Source of the DNA: an uncultured Rhodospirillales bacterium
GTDB taxonomy: Bacteria > Pseudomonadota > Alphaproteobacteria > Azospirillales > Azospirillaceae
Length of the DNA stretch: 64,000 bases
Assembly (NCBI GenBank): GCA_903931735.1
Contig: CAIZDL010000192.1
Span: forward strand, 18,608-82,607
Direction: 5' to 3'
Below the pieces are notes generated by a model. It ran no database searches and was not told the DNA's origin. It was given only the letters and a program-made list of their open reading frames with translations. A program made the position numbers and the translations under genes. This document shows, in pieces, positions 16,182 to 25,456 of the stretch. Within the stretch, counting starts at the first letter, position 1. Each line of letters starts with the position of its first letter.

Positions 16182-18147
16182 ACCAGAGCGCTTGGCCGCG
16201 GTGTGGCGCGCCGCCCGGCAGGAACAATTTCTAAACGTTGCCAGCCGCGACGAAGCAGAGGTGCGCTTTCGCCGCCATTTGCACCTCGAACCGCTGGGGG
16301 CCGAGCCCCTGGAGTTGGCACGGGCATTGGGCCGCATCCTCGCCCACGACGTGATCGCGCCGGTTGATGTTCCCAGCTTCGACCGGTCGGGCATGGATGG
16401 CTTTGCGGTGCGCACGGCCGACACCGTTGGCGCCCGCAGCGACACGCCGCGCATCCTGCGGCTCAACCCCGAGCTGCTAACCCCCGGCATCGTGCCGACC
16501 TATGTGGTGGAACCCGGCACCGCAACGGTGATCGCCACCGGAGGCATGGTGCCACGCGGCGCCGATGCCGTGATCATGATTGAGCACACCGACCCGGTGG
16601 AAGAGTCCCCTCGCTCCAGCCCGGGCGCCTATATCGCCATCCGCCGCACCGCCACGCCCGGCCAAGCCATCGCCGCCGCCGGCTCGGATATCGGACGCGG
16701 GGAAACCGTTTTACGGGCGGGACAACGGTTAAGCTCGCGGGAAATCGGTATTCTCGCTGCAATCGGGCTTGGGACGGTCGCAGTCTGGCGGCGTCCACGC
16801 GTTGCCATTTTTTCCACCGGCGATGAAATCATCGCGCCCGGCACGCCTCCCGGCCCCGGAAAGGTCTACGACAGCAACGCCGCGATTCTGGCCGCCGCCG
16901 TCACGGAATGCGGCGGCGAGCCGGTGCCATTCGGCATCGCCCCGGATGATGACGCCGCGCTCTCCCAGCTCTTAACCCAGGCGTTAGCAGCCGCCGATAT
17001 CGTGCTCCTTTCGGGTGGCACCTCCAAGGGGGCGGGCGACCTTGCCGCGATCGTGGTGAGCCGGCTGCGCGATCCTGGCGTGGTGGTGCATGGGGTTGCG
17101 CTTAAACCGGGCAAGCCACTGTGCCTTGCGGTCAGCGAGGGAAAGCCGGTGATTGTTCTGCCCGGTTTTCCCACCTCGGCAATCTTCACCTTTCACGAAT
17201 TTGTAGCGCCGGTCATCGGAATGCTCGCCGGGATGCCAACGGACCGCCAGCGCACCGTGGAGGCCACCCTTCCGGTGCCTTTATCGTCCGAAACGGGCCG
17301 GACCGAATATGTCATGGCCTCGCTCGTCCGCACGCGAGATGCTGGCCTGGCCGCGTATCCCATCGGCAAAGGCTCGGGCGCCGTCACCTCGTTCTGTCAG
17401 GCCGACGGGTTCTTCAGCGTACCCGCCCTCACCGAAAGCGTGCCGGCCGGCAGCACGGTTTTGGTCCACCTGATCGGCAACACCGCCGCCGAACCCGCCG
17501 ATCTGGTGTTGATCGGCAGCCATTGCGTCGGGCTTGATGTGCTGATTGGACACCTCGGCCGGGACGGAATCCGCGTAAAAGCACTGGCGGTCGGCAGTTC
17601 GGGCGGGTTGGCCGCCGCGCACCGGGGGGAGTGCGATGTCGCGGCCATCCACCTCCTCGACCCAGCGACCGGGCTTTATAACGCGCCGTTCCTCGGCCCC
17701 GACCTTGCGCTGATCCCCGGCTACGGCCGAATGCAAGGGCTGGTTTTCCGCCACAATGATCGCCGCTTTAATAGCCTCGAGGGCAACGCCGCACCCGAGC
17801 GCGTGCTGGCCATGGCCGACACCTGCCTGATGGTCAACCGCAACGCCGGCAGCGGCACCCGGTTGGTGATCGACCGCCTGCTGAAAGGCGCCCGCCCCCC
17901 CGGCTACCAATACCAAACACGCTCGCACAACGCGGTCGCGGCAGCGGTGGCCCAGGGGCGTGCCGATTGGGGGGTCGCCATCGAGACCGTCAGCCGCGAC
18001 TACGACCTTGGTTTCATCGCGCTTCAGGCCGAGCGCTTTGATTTTGTGGTCCCCAAACCCAGGCTGGACCTCGCCCCGGTACAACGCTTCATTGCGGCGC
18101 TCGATGAATGCCGCCCAACCCTCGCCAAGCTGGGGTTTCAACCATGA
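16168..18147 (+). CDS. MoeA-type molybdopterin molybdenumtransferase fused to a C-terminal periplasmic-binding-protein-like (PBP-like) domain, 659 aa
   Basis: SFDRSGMDGFAV, FSTGDEI and LSGGTSKGAGD define a full MoeA. An additional ~230-aa domain follows (LVLIGSHCVGLDVLIGHL...AAIHLLDPATGLYN...GYGRMQGLVFR). It overlaps the upstream gene by 14 nt. Confidence 0.85.
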   Translation: MMTGEPERLAAVWRAARQEQFLNVASRDEAEVRFRRHLHLEPLGAEPLELARALGRILAHDVIAPVDVPSFDRSGMDGFAVRTADTVGARSDTPRILRLNPELLTPGIVPTYVVEPGTATVIATGGMVPRGADAVIMIEHTDPVEESPRSSPGAYIAIRRTATPGQAIAAAGSDIGRGETVLRAGQRLSSREIGILAAIGLGTVAVWRRPRVAIFSTGDEIIAPGTPPGPGKVYDSNAAILAAAVTECGGEPVPFGIAPDDDAALSQLLTQALAAADIVLLSGGTSKGAGDLAAIVVSRLRDPGVVVHGVALKPGKPLCLAVSEGKPVIVLPGFPTSAIFTFHEFVAPVIGMLAGMPTDRQRTVEATLPVPLSSETGRTEYVMASLVRTRDAGLAAYPIGKGSGAVTSFCQADGFFSVPALTESVPAGSTVLVHLIGNTAAEPADLVLIGSHCVGLDVLIGHLGRDGIRVKALAVGSSGGLAAAHRGECDVAAIHLLDPATGLYNAPFLGPDLALIPGYGRMQGLVFRHNDRRFNSLEGNAAPERVLAMADTCLMVNRNAGSGTRLVIDRLLKGARPPGYQYQTRSHNAVAAAVAQGRADWGVAIETVSRDYDLGFIALQAERFDFVVPKPRLDLAPVQRFIAALDECRPTLAKLGFQP

Positions 18148-19418
18148 GCGATAGCGATAAATTTAATAATCCTGGTGGCAACGATGCGTTTGCCGTGAGC
18201 GCCGATATGCTGACTGCGGCCGAAGCCCTGACGACGCTGCTGCGGGCGGTGGCTCCGGTGAAGGAGCGCGAAACGGTTGGTCTGACCTTGGCGCTCGGCC
18301 GGGTGCTGGCCGAAGATATCGTCTCCCCCCGCGCTGTGCCGCCCCACGACAATGCGGCGGTGGATGGCTACGCGGTGTATGCCGATGATCTCGACCCGGC
18401 AAGCCCGGTGCTGCTGCCGGTAACCGGCCTGATCCCAGCCGGCCGCCCGCTGACCCGTCCGGCGTTGCGGGGCGAGGCGCTGCGGATCTTTACCGGCGCC
18501 CCGGTTCCGCCCGGCCCCGACACCATTTTGCCCCAGGAAATCTGCGAAGAAGCTCACGGCCATGTCACCGTGCCGCCCCAAAAACGCGGCGCCAACCTGC
18601 GCCGGGCTGGCGAGGATATCCAAACAGGCGCCGTCGTGCTGCGCCGGGGCACCCGGCTCCGGCCGCAGGAATTGGGGCTGGCCGCCTCAATCGGTGTTGG
18701 TGAGGTGAGCGTTTTTCGCCCGGTGCGCGTGGCCCTTTTTTCCACCGGCGATGAAGTGCGCGAGCCCGGTTGCAGCGCTGGTGCCGGCGCGATCTATGAT
18801 TCCAACCGCTTCATACTCCACGGCCTTTTGCGCGGGCTGGGCTGCGCGATCACCGATTTTGGTATCGTGCCCGACCGCCTCGGCGCCGTAACCGACACCC
18901 TCGCCCGCGCGGGCTACGGCCATGATTTGGTGCTCACCTCGGGGGGCGTTTCCGCTGGCGACGAAGACCATGTGCGCACGGCCGCAGCGGCGCTGGGCGC
19001 ACTGGAGTTCTGGCGCATTGCCATTCGCCCCGGCCGACCGCTGGCCTTTGGCCGGGTGGGCGATGCGATGTTCCTCGGCCTGCCCGGCAACCCGGTGGCC
19101 TGCATGATCACCTTTTTGATTTTCGCCCGGCCCCTGCTGCTGGCCCTGGCCGGTGCGACGGTCACCCCGCCCCAAACCTATCGGGTAATCGCCGGCTTCA
19201 GCGCCAAAAAGCGCCAAGGCCGGCGCGAATACCTTCGGGCCAGCCTGCACCGAACCGCCGATGGCAGCGTGATCGCAAACCGGTTCCCGCAGGAAGGCTC
19301 GTGGATTTTAACCTCGATGACCGCAAGTTGCGGCCTGATCGACCTCCCCGAGAGCCTCGGCGGTGTCGCTCCCGGCGATTGGGTGGAGTTTTTGCCGTTC
19401 AGCGAGGTGCTGGGGTAA
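18144..19418 (+). CDS. moeA: Molybdopterin molybdenumtransferase MoeA (canonical, 424 aa)
   Basis: ATGA start/stop overlap with the upstream gene (18144..18147). Motifs PHDNAAVDGYAV, FSTGDEV, TSGGVSAGDEDH, LPGNPVA. Confidence 0.9.
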   Translation: MSDSDKFNNPGGNDAFAVSADMLTAAEALTTLLRAVAPVKERETVGLTLALGRVLAEDIVSPRAVPPHDNAAVDGYAVYADDLDPASPVLLPVTGLIPAGRPLTRPALRGEALRIFTGAPVPPGPDTILPQEICEEAHGHVTVPPQKRGANLRRAGEDIQTGAVVLRRGTRLRPQELGLAASIGVGEVSVFRPVRVALFSTGDEVREPGCSAGAGAIYDSNRFILHGLLRGLGCAITDFGIVPDRLGAVTDTLARAGYGHDLVLTSGGVSAGDEDHVRTAAAALGALEFWRIAIRPGRPLAFGRVGDAMFLGLPGNPVACMITFLIFARPLLLALAGATVTPPQTYRVIAGFSAKKRQGRREYLRASLHRTADGSVIANRFPQEGSWILTSMTASCGLIDLPESLGGVAPGDWVEFLPFSEVLG

Positions 19419-19430
19419 ACGCCCCGGCCC

Positions 19431-21134
19431 TCACTTCACGCCTTCGGGGAAATATTTCAGCACCGAAAGCAGCGGGTTGGTGGCGGCTTGGCCGAGACCA
19501 CAAATCGAGGCATCGCGCATCGCTTCGCTAAGCTGGGTCAACAACACCTCATCCCACACCGGCCGTTCCATCAACTCGACCGCCTTTTGGGTCCCCACCC
19601 GGCAGGGCGAACACTGGCCGCAACTTTCATCGGCAAAAAAGCGCATCAAGTTGCGGGCGATGACCCGCACATCATCCTGGTCCGACAGAACCACCACCGC
19701 CGCCGACCCGATAAACGAGCCGTAAGCCTCCAGCGTACCGAAATCGAGCGGCAGATTATCGAGTCGCGCGGGCAGAATGCCGCCCGAGGCGCCACCGGGC
19801 AGATAAGCGCGGAAGCTGTGGCCGGGTGCCATGCCGCCGCAGAATTCGTCGATCAACTCGCGCACGGTGATGCCGGCCGGGGCGAGTTTGACCCCCGGAT
19901 TGCGGACCCGCCCCGAAACCGAGTAGCTGCGCAAACCGCGCCGCCCGTTGCGCCCCTGGCTCGAAAACCAACCCGGCCCGCGCTCCAGAATATCGCGCAC
20001 CCAATGCAGGGTCTCGATGTTGTGAATCAACGTCGGACGGCCGAAAAGGCCAACCTCGGAGGGATAGGGCGGCTTGTGCCGGGGTAACCCGCGCTTACCC
20101 TCGATCGATTCCAGCATTGCCGACTCTTCGCCACAGATGTAAGCCCCGGCACCCCGGCGCAACTGGATATCGCGCCCATGAGCCAGCCCGGAGGCGCTGA
20201 CGGTGGCAATCGCCCGGCTCAAAATCTCCCGCGCGGCGGGATATTCGTCGCGGACGTAAATCACGATGGTCTCGATCTCAACCGCCCAGGCGGCGATCAA
20301 AATCCCTTCAATGATCCGGTGCGGATCGCTTTCGATATAGCTCCGGTCTTTGAAAGTTCCGGGTTCGCCCTCGTCGCCGTTCACCGCAAGCATCCGCGGC
20401 GCCGACTTGGCCGACAGCAAACGCCACTTCTGGCCCACCGGAAAGCCAGCGCCGCCCAGGCCACGCAACCCCGACTCCGACATGGCATTCATCACCTGCT
20501 CGGGCGAACGCCGCCCGGCAAGGCAATCGCGCAGCAGGCTGTAGCCGCCGGCAGCGTTGTAATCGGCAAAATCCAGGTGCGGAGGAATGACCGGCTGAAG
20601 CTGGCAACGCTCAACCGCGCTACGGACCAGGGCGGCGTTGGCGTCGCCAATGTGGTTATGGCCAACCTCGACCACCGGCCCATGATCGCAGCGCCCCATG
20701 CACGGCGCCTTGACAACCCGCACCCCCGCGCCCAGCGTGCCATCGAGTTCGGCGTGAAGCGCCTCGGCCCCTTGCATGGCGCAACCAACGCTATCGCATA
20801 CCCGCACCGTCACCGGCGGCGGCATCGGCGCGCCGTCGGGCACCAGATCAAAATGGGCGTAAAAGCTGGCCACTTCCCACACCAGGGCCAACGGCAGGCG
20901 CATTTCTTTAGCCAGAGCCGCCAAATGCCGGGCGCTCAGCCCGTGCCATGCGTCTTGGATCAGGTGCAGATGCTCGATCAGCAAATCGCGCCGACGAGGA
21001 CGTCCGCCAAGTAACGCCCGAATTTCCGCCAGCGCCGCCGGCTCAACCTGTCGGCCTCTGGCTTCGGTCCGGGGCTCGCGGCTTTCACAGCCTTCGGGGC
21101 GGTCGGCGCGGGGTCCACCTGAACCATGATCCAT
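19431..21134 (-). CDS. fdsB: NAD-dependent formate dehydrogenase diaphorase subunit, a fusion of a NuoE-like (FdsG) and a NuoF-like (FdsB) part
   Basis: GGGGAGAA lies before the ATG at 21134. The N-terminal thioredoxin-like 2Fe-2S part has RVCDSVGC...CMGRCDHGP. GLRGLGGAGFPVGQKW is the FMN/NADH site. ESCGQCSPCRVG is the 4Fe-4S site. Confidence 0.85.
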   Translation of the reverse strand: MDHGSGGPRADRPEGCESREPRTEARGRQVEPAALAEIRALLGGRPRRRDLLIEHLHLIQDAWHGLSARHLAALAKEMRLPLALVWEVASFYAHFDLVPDGAPMPPPVTVRVCDSVGCAMQGAEALHAELDGTLGAGVRVVKAPCMGRCDHGPVVEVGHNHIGDANAALVRSAVERCQLQPVIPPHLDFADYNAAGGYSLLRDCLAGRRSPEQVMNAMSESGLRGLGGAGFPVGQKWRLLSAKSAPRMLAVNGDEGEPGTFKDRSYIESDPHRIIEGILIAAWAVEIETIVIYVRDEYPAAREILSRAIATVSASGLAHGRDIQLRRGAGAYICGEESAMLESIEGKRGLPRHKPPYPSEVGLFGRPTLIHNIETLHWVRDILERGPGWFSSQGRNGRRGLRSYSVSGRVRNPGVKLAPAGITVRELIDEFCGGMAPGHSFRAYLPGGASGGILPARLDNLPLDFGTLEAYGSFIGSAAVVVLSDQDDVRVIARNLMRFFADESCGQCSPCRVGTQKAVELMERPVWDEVLLTQLSEAMRDASICGLGQAATNPLLSVLKYFPEGVK

Positions 21135-21249
21135 TGCTGTTTTCTCCCCTTATGTCAGCCCGCTATCCGAGCACGCTCTGTCAGCTCAGGCGGGTCATTT
21201 TGGCTGGGAGTGTACGCCGGAGCCCTCTCTTCTCCCAGAGTTTCTTTGG

Positions 21250-21978
21250 CTACCAGAGCAAACCACCGGCGATAAAGGCGCGCGCCTCCGCTGTGGCGGG
21301 GCCGGTGAAAAAGGCTTCAGCCGGGCCACGTTCCAGCAACCGCCCCCGGTAAAGGAACAGCACATCCCCCGCCAATCGCCGGGCTTGGCCCAAATCGTGA
21401 GTGGTCATGACGATTTTGGTCCCGCTGGCATCAATCCCGGCAATCAACCGCTCCACGATGCCGGTCGCCGCCGGATCGAGGTTCGCAGTCGGCTCATCGA
21501 GAAACAACACCGAGGGCCGACACGCCCAGGCCCGCACAATGGCCAGGCGCTGCTGCTCTCCCCCCGACAAAACCCGGGCCGGCTGACCGCCCAGCGCCGT
21601 AAGGCCCCCCAGCAACAGCGCCTCCTCGACCCGTTGCTGGCGGGCGGCGCCGGCCAAACCATGACAGCCGACGGCATACTCCACATTGGCCGCGACCGAG
21701 CGCCGCAGCATCACCGGCCGTTGAAAAACCATGGCATGACGCCCCGGCCCGCACCCGCCGCCGTCATTCCAATCGACTCGGCCCAAGGTAGGGCTGAGCA
21801 GGCCATGACAAAGGCGCAGCAACAGGCTTTTTCCTGCCCCGTTCGGCCCCAAAATCACTGTCCGCGAGCCGCGATCGAGGGTGAACGACACCCGGTCCAA
21901 CAACGGCGCGCCCTTGACGGCATAACTAAGCTCAGACACCCGCAACGGCAGCAAATCCGGGCCAGACGGCGCGCTCAT
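21250..21978 (-). CDS. Orphan ABC transporter ATP-binding protein (no adjacent permease or binding protein)
   Basis: Walker A GPNGAGKSLLL, signature LSGGEQQRLAI, Walker B VLFLDEP. ATG at 21978 (the track ORF starts at the GTG at 21999). An oxyanion (Mo/W) role is suggested only by the neighbourhood. Confidence 0.8.
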   Translation of the reverse strand: MSAPSGPDLLPLRVSELSYAVKGAPLLDRVSFTLDRGSRTVILGPNGAGKSLLLRLCHGLLSPTLGRVDWNDGGGCGPGRHAMVFQRPVMLRRSVAANVEYAVGCHGLAGAARQQRVEEALLLGGLTALGGQPARVLSGGEQQRLAIVRAWACRPSVLFLDEPTANLDPAATGIVERLIAGIDASGTKIVMTTHDLGQARRLAGDVLFLYRGRLLERGPAEAFFTGPATAEARAFIAGGLLW

Positions 21979-22107
21979 GTCGCCCCCAGCCTGACCCACG
22001 AACGTTCTAACCAGCCGGGCGATGTGCTATGATCGGCCCAAGAGGTCATGGCCCACCACCAAAGGCCAGCATCACAGCCCAATTCCTTGACGATATGAGG
22101 GTATCGC

Positions 22108-22521
22108 ATGAACATCGAACTGGATACATCATTTCTGGTCGGGCACGATATGATCGATCGGGATCACCGGGAACTGGTGGGCCTTGTTCTTCACTTTTTT
22201 GAGGCGATCAAGAGGGGTGCGGACAAACACGCCATCTATGACGCCATCGACATTATTTCCGTTAAGTTCGCCGCCCACTTCGAACGTGAAAACGAGTTAA
22301 TGGTCGGGGCTCGCTATACCGACCTTCAAGCTCACGTCGCCGAACACCGGACCTTGCTCGGCGACCTTGGGAAGTTTTTGCACACCGTCGACGAAGCCAC
22401 CGACGACGACTTGCAAAATGTCGCCAAATACCTCGACGACTGGGTTGTGAAGCACGCCGCCTCCGCCGACAGAAAGCTGGCCAAGTTCCTGCGCGATCGC
22501 ACGACCCGGCCCACCTCCTAA
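22108..22521 (+). CDS. Single-domain hemerythrin-like protein (137 aa)
   Basis: HDMIDRDHRELVGLV, HFERENELM, HVAEHRTLL and DDWVVKHAASADRKL are the hemerythrin metal-ligand His/Glu/Asp pattern. Confidence 0.8.
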   Translation: MNIELDTSFLVGHDMIDRDHRELVGLVLHFFEAIKRGADKHAIYDAIDIISVKFAAHFERENELMVGARYTDLQAHVAEHRTLLGDLGKFLHTVDEATDDDLQNVAKYLDDWVVKHAASADRKLAKFLRDRTTRPTS

Positions 22522-22556
22522 CGACATCGGCACCGAGACAAACATCGGCAACAACG

Positions 22557-22584
22557 GAGGCGGCGGAGCCTAATCCGCCGCCTC
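22557..22584. terminator. Hairpin at the convergent junction hemerythrin / fdhA-catalytic gene
   Basis: GAGGCGGCGGA (22557..22567) pairs with TCCGCCGCCTC (22574..22584): an 11-bp stem with a 6-nt loop. It overlaps the last codons and stop of the minus-strand gene. Confidence 0.35.
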
Positions 22585-24678
22585 GGCCAACTCTCCCGCA
22601 GCGGCGATGCGAACCGCACAATATTTGAACTCGGGAATCTTGGACTGCGGGTCCAGCGCCGCGTTGGTCAAGACATTGGCCGCGGCCTCAACAAAGCAGA
22701 ACGGCATGAACACCATGCCGGTGCTCAGGCCGGGATCGACCCGGCATTTTGCCACGATTTCACCCCGGCGCGAGATTAGGCGCACCCGGTCGCCCGGGCG
22801 CACGCCGAAGCGCGGCATATCGGTCTCATTGAGGTAAATCACCGGGCCGGGCTCGATGGTATCGAGCACTTGGCTACGCCGGCTCATGGCGCCGGTGTGC
22901 CAATGCTCCAAAATCCGCCCGGTCAACAGCACCAGCGGATACCTCTCATCGGGCAACTCGGCCGGCTCGACCGTCGCCACCGGCACCAGCTTGCCCAAGC
23001 CGTCGATGGTCGGGAAGCGATCGCCAAACAGCACATCCTTGCCCGGCTCGCGTTCGTCGGTGCAGGGATACTGGCACCAGCCATCCCGCTCCAGCCGCGC
23101 CCAACTCACGCCCTTAACCGCAGGCCACAAAGACCGCACCTCTTCCCAAATTTCGCCAGGGTGGGTGAAGCGCCAATTCAACCCCAGCCGTTTCGCCAAC
23201 TCTTGAAGGATCCACCAATCCTGACGCGCCTCGCCCGGCGGTGTCACCACCGGCCGGGAAATCTGGATGTGGCGGTTGGTGTTGGTAAAGCTGCCCCATT
23301 TTTCCATCAGGGTGGAGGCGGGCAATACAACGTCGGCATACCATGCCGTCTCGGTCAGGAAAATGTCTTGGACCACCAGATGATCGAGCTTGGCCAGGGC
23401 GTGGCGGACATGGGTTGAATCCGGATCGCTCATCGCGGGATTTTCGCCCATGAAGAACATGCCGCGCACGATGCCCTCATCGGCAGCATTCAGCAGCTCG
23501 ATCATGGTCAGGCCCGCCTTCGACGGGATGGTCTCGCCGGCCCAGACCTTTTCAAACCGCGCCCGCTCTTCCGGCTTGCCCACAGCGGCGTAGCCGGGCA
23601 GCAAACCGGGCAGCAAGCCCATGTCGCAGACACCCTGAACGTTATTTTGCCCACGCAGCGGATGCAACCCACAGCCGGGACGGCCGATATTCCCGGTCAA
23701 CAGCCCAAGGTTAACCAACGTCCGGGCATTGCGCACCCCGTGAATGTGCTGGGTGATGCCCATCCCCCAAAAAATCATCGCCGATTTCGCGCGCCCAAAC
23801 ATGCGGGCAACATCACGAATCCGTGCCGCCGGAATCCCGGTTTCCACCTGGACCGCCTCGGGCGTGAAGCGCCGCACGCTTTCCCGAAACTCGGCAAATC
23901 CTTTGGTGCGCTGACGGAGAAACACCGCGTCGTGCAGATCTTCCTCGATGATCACCTGGGCGATGGCGTTGAAAAACGCAACATCGCTGCCCGGCCGGTG
24001 CGTGATCAATAGATCCGCCTCCTGCCCAAACTCGCTCATCCGGGGATCGACCACGATCAACTTGGCGCCGCGCCGCTTGGCCCGCCGGAAAAATGCCGCC
24101 GCCACCGGATGGTTGCGCACCGGATTGGAGCCAACCACCATCATCACGTTAGCGTTGTCGCACTGGGTGAAGGTGGCGGTAACCCCGCCCGAGCCAATCT
24201 GATCGATCAGCGCAACCAGCGAGCTGGAGTGGCAGAGCCGGGCGCAGTGATCCACCGAGTTGGTGCCAAAGCCGCTACGGACCAAGCGCTGAAACAGATA
24301 GCCTTCCTCGTTAGAGCCCTTGGCCGAGCCAAAACCGGCCAGCGCATCCGGCCCAAACTTACCCTTGATATGGCGAAAGCCGCCAGCGGCACGGTCAAGC
24401 GCCTCGTCCCAACTCGCTTCCCGAAACTGCGCCATCGGGTCGCCCGAAATAACCGGATATTTGCGGGCATCGTCGCGGCGCACCACCGGCCGGCTGAGGC
24501 GCTCCCTGTGGTGGGTATAGTCCCAGCCAAAGCGGCCCTTGACGCACAAACGGCCGTGGTTGGACGGGCCATCGATTCCCTCCGCCCACTGAATGCGCTC
24601 ACCATCGACGTGATAACGAACCTGACAGCCAACCCCGCAATAAGGGCAGAGGCTATCCACATGCCTGGTCGATTTCAT
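22570..24678 (-). CDS. fdsA: Formate dehydrogenase alpha subunit, molybdopterin catalytic part (Cys type), 702 aa
   Basis: The ATG at 24678 follows GGAGG at 5 nt and overlaps the upstream stop (ATGA). SLCPYCGVGCQ is the MopB 4Fe-4S site. VDHCARLCHSSS is the active-site Cys/His. The C-terminal molydopterin dinucleotide-binding region is PGDRVRLISRRGEI. Confidence 0.9.
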   Translation of the reverse strand: MKSTRHVDSLCPYCGVGCQVRYHVDGERIQWAEGIDGPSNHGRLCVKGRFGWDYTHHRERLSRPVVRRDDARKYPVISGDPMAQFREASWDEALDRAAGGFRHIKGKFGPDALAGFGSAKGSNEEGYLFQRLVRSGFGTNSVDHCARLCHSSSLVALIDQIGSGGVTATFTQCDNANVMMVVGSNPVRNHPVAAAFFRRAKRRGAKLIVVDPRMSEFGQEADLLITHRPGSDVAFFNAIAQVIIEEDLHDAVFLRQRTKGFAEFRESVRRFTPEAVQVETGIPAARIRDVARMFGRAKSAMIFWGMGITQHIHGVRNARTLVNLGLLTGNIGRPGCGLHPLRGQNNVQGVCDMGLLPGLLPGYAAVGKPEERARFEKVWAGETIPSKAGLTMIELLNAADEGIVRGMFFMGENPAMSDPDSTHVRHALAKLDHLVVQDIFLTETAWYADVVLPASTLMEKWGSFTNTNRHIQISRPVVTPPGEARQDWWILQELAKRLGLNWRFTHPGEIWEEVRSLWPAVKGVSWARLERDGWCQYPCTDEREPGKDVLFGDRFPTIDGLGKLVPVATVEPAELPDERYPLVLLTGRILEHWHTGAMSRRSQVLDTIEPGPVIYLNETDMPRFGVRPGDRVRLISRRGEIVAKCRVDPGLSTGMVFMPFCFVEAAANVLTNAALDPQSKIPEFKYCAVRIAAAGELAEAAD

Positions 24679-25301
24679 GCCGGCCTCCGGAAGGTAAGTG
24701 CCCCGGTCGGGCAGGTTTGCGCGCAAGCACCACAACTGGCGCAGGTCGATTGACCCATGGGAGCATCAAAATCAAAGATAATCTTGCTGTGACCATCGCG
24801 CCCCGACATGCCAATCACATCGTGAAGCACGAACTCCCGACACGCCTGAACGCACCGCAAACAGTGAATGCAGGCGGAAAGATCCACATCGATGCCCGGG
24901 TGGCTGCGATCCACCGGCAGGCTGTGCTGGGTACGGGGGTAGCGGGTGGCGGTCACGCCCATCACCTTGGCCCAGCGCGCGCATTCGGACTCCGGCGCAA
25001 CATCGGCTTCGGCGAGCAGCAACTCCATCACGGTGCGCCGGGCATTGGCCGCCTTGCCGCTGTTGGTCATCACCTGCATTCCCGGTTGCGGCTTTGTGAT
25101 GCAGCTCGCCGCCAGATTGCGCCGCCCCACCACATCAACCACACACAACCGGCAATTGCCATCGGGGTGAAAATCCGGTTCGCCCGAAAGGCAAAGGTGG
25201 GGAATTTCGGTGCCGTGGCGCATCGCCACCTGCCAAATCGTCTCGCCGGGCCGGGCCGTAACGGCTCGTCCATCGAGCGTAAAGGGAATTTCATCCGCCA
25301 T
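24675..25301 (-). CDS. fdsA: Formate dehydrogenase alpha subunit, N-terminal Fe-S (NuoG-like) part as a separate 208-aa polypeptide
   Basis: 2Fe-2S ferredoxin start (FTLDGRAVTARPGETIWQVA...HLCLSGEPDFHPDGNCRLCVV), then CIHCLRCVQAC and CASCGACAQTCPTGAL 4Fe-4S motifs. It ends at the TGA at 24677..24675. Confidence 0.85.
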   Translation of the reverse strand: MADEIPFTLDGRAVTARPGETIWQVAMRHGTEIPHLCLSGEPDFHPDGNCRLCVVDVVGRRNLAASCITKPQPGMQVMTNSGKAANARRTVMELLLAEADVAPESECARWAKVMGVTATRYPRTQHSLPVDRSHPGIDVDLSACIHCLRCVQACREFVLHDVIGMSGRDGHSKIIFDFDAPMGQSTCASCGACAQTCPTGALTFRRPA

Positions 25302-25456
25302 AATGCTCGCTCCCCCTCGGCGTTAACGTTTTTTTAGCTCTTCTTCGGTGCGAACTATACTCGAACGCGGAGGGCTGATCCATCATCAAGTACGGCCCCG
25401 TCGGCGCTGGCTCCCGGGCGCCTTTGCGGCCCGCCCCGATTTGATACGGGGCCACA

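Noticed and set aside
22570-24678. Selenocysteine recoding in the formate dehydrogenase catalytic subunit
   Set aside because: There is no in-frame TGA. The active-site position is a Cys codon (HCARLCH), so this is a Cys-type enzyme.
25302-25456. Possible Moco riboswitch in the 155-nt leader of the fdh operon
   Set aside because: The leader has some GC-rich hairpins (for example GCCCCG-N8-CGGGGC). I cannot reproduce the conserved Moco-motif core from memory with confidence. Running cmsearch with Rfam RF01055 on the minus strand would decide.
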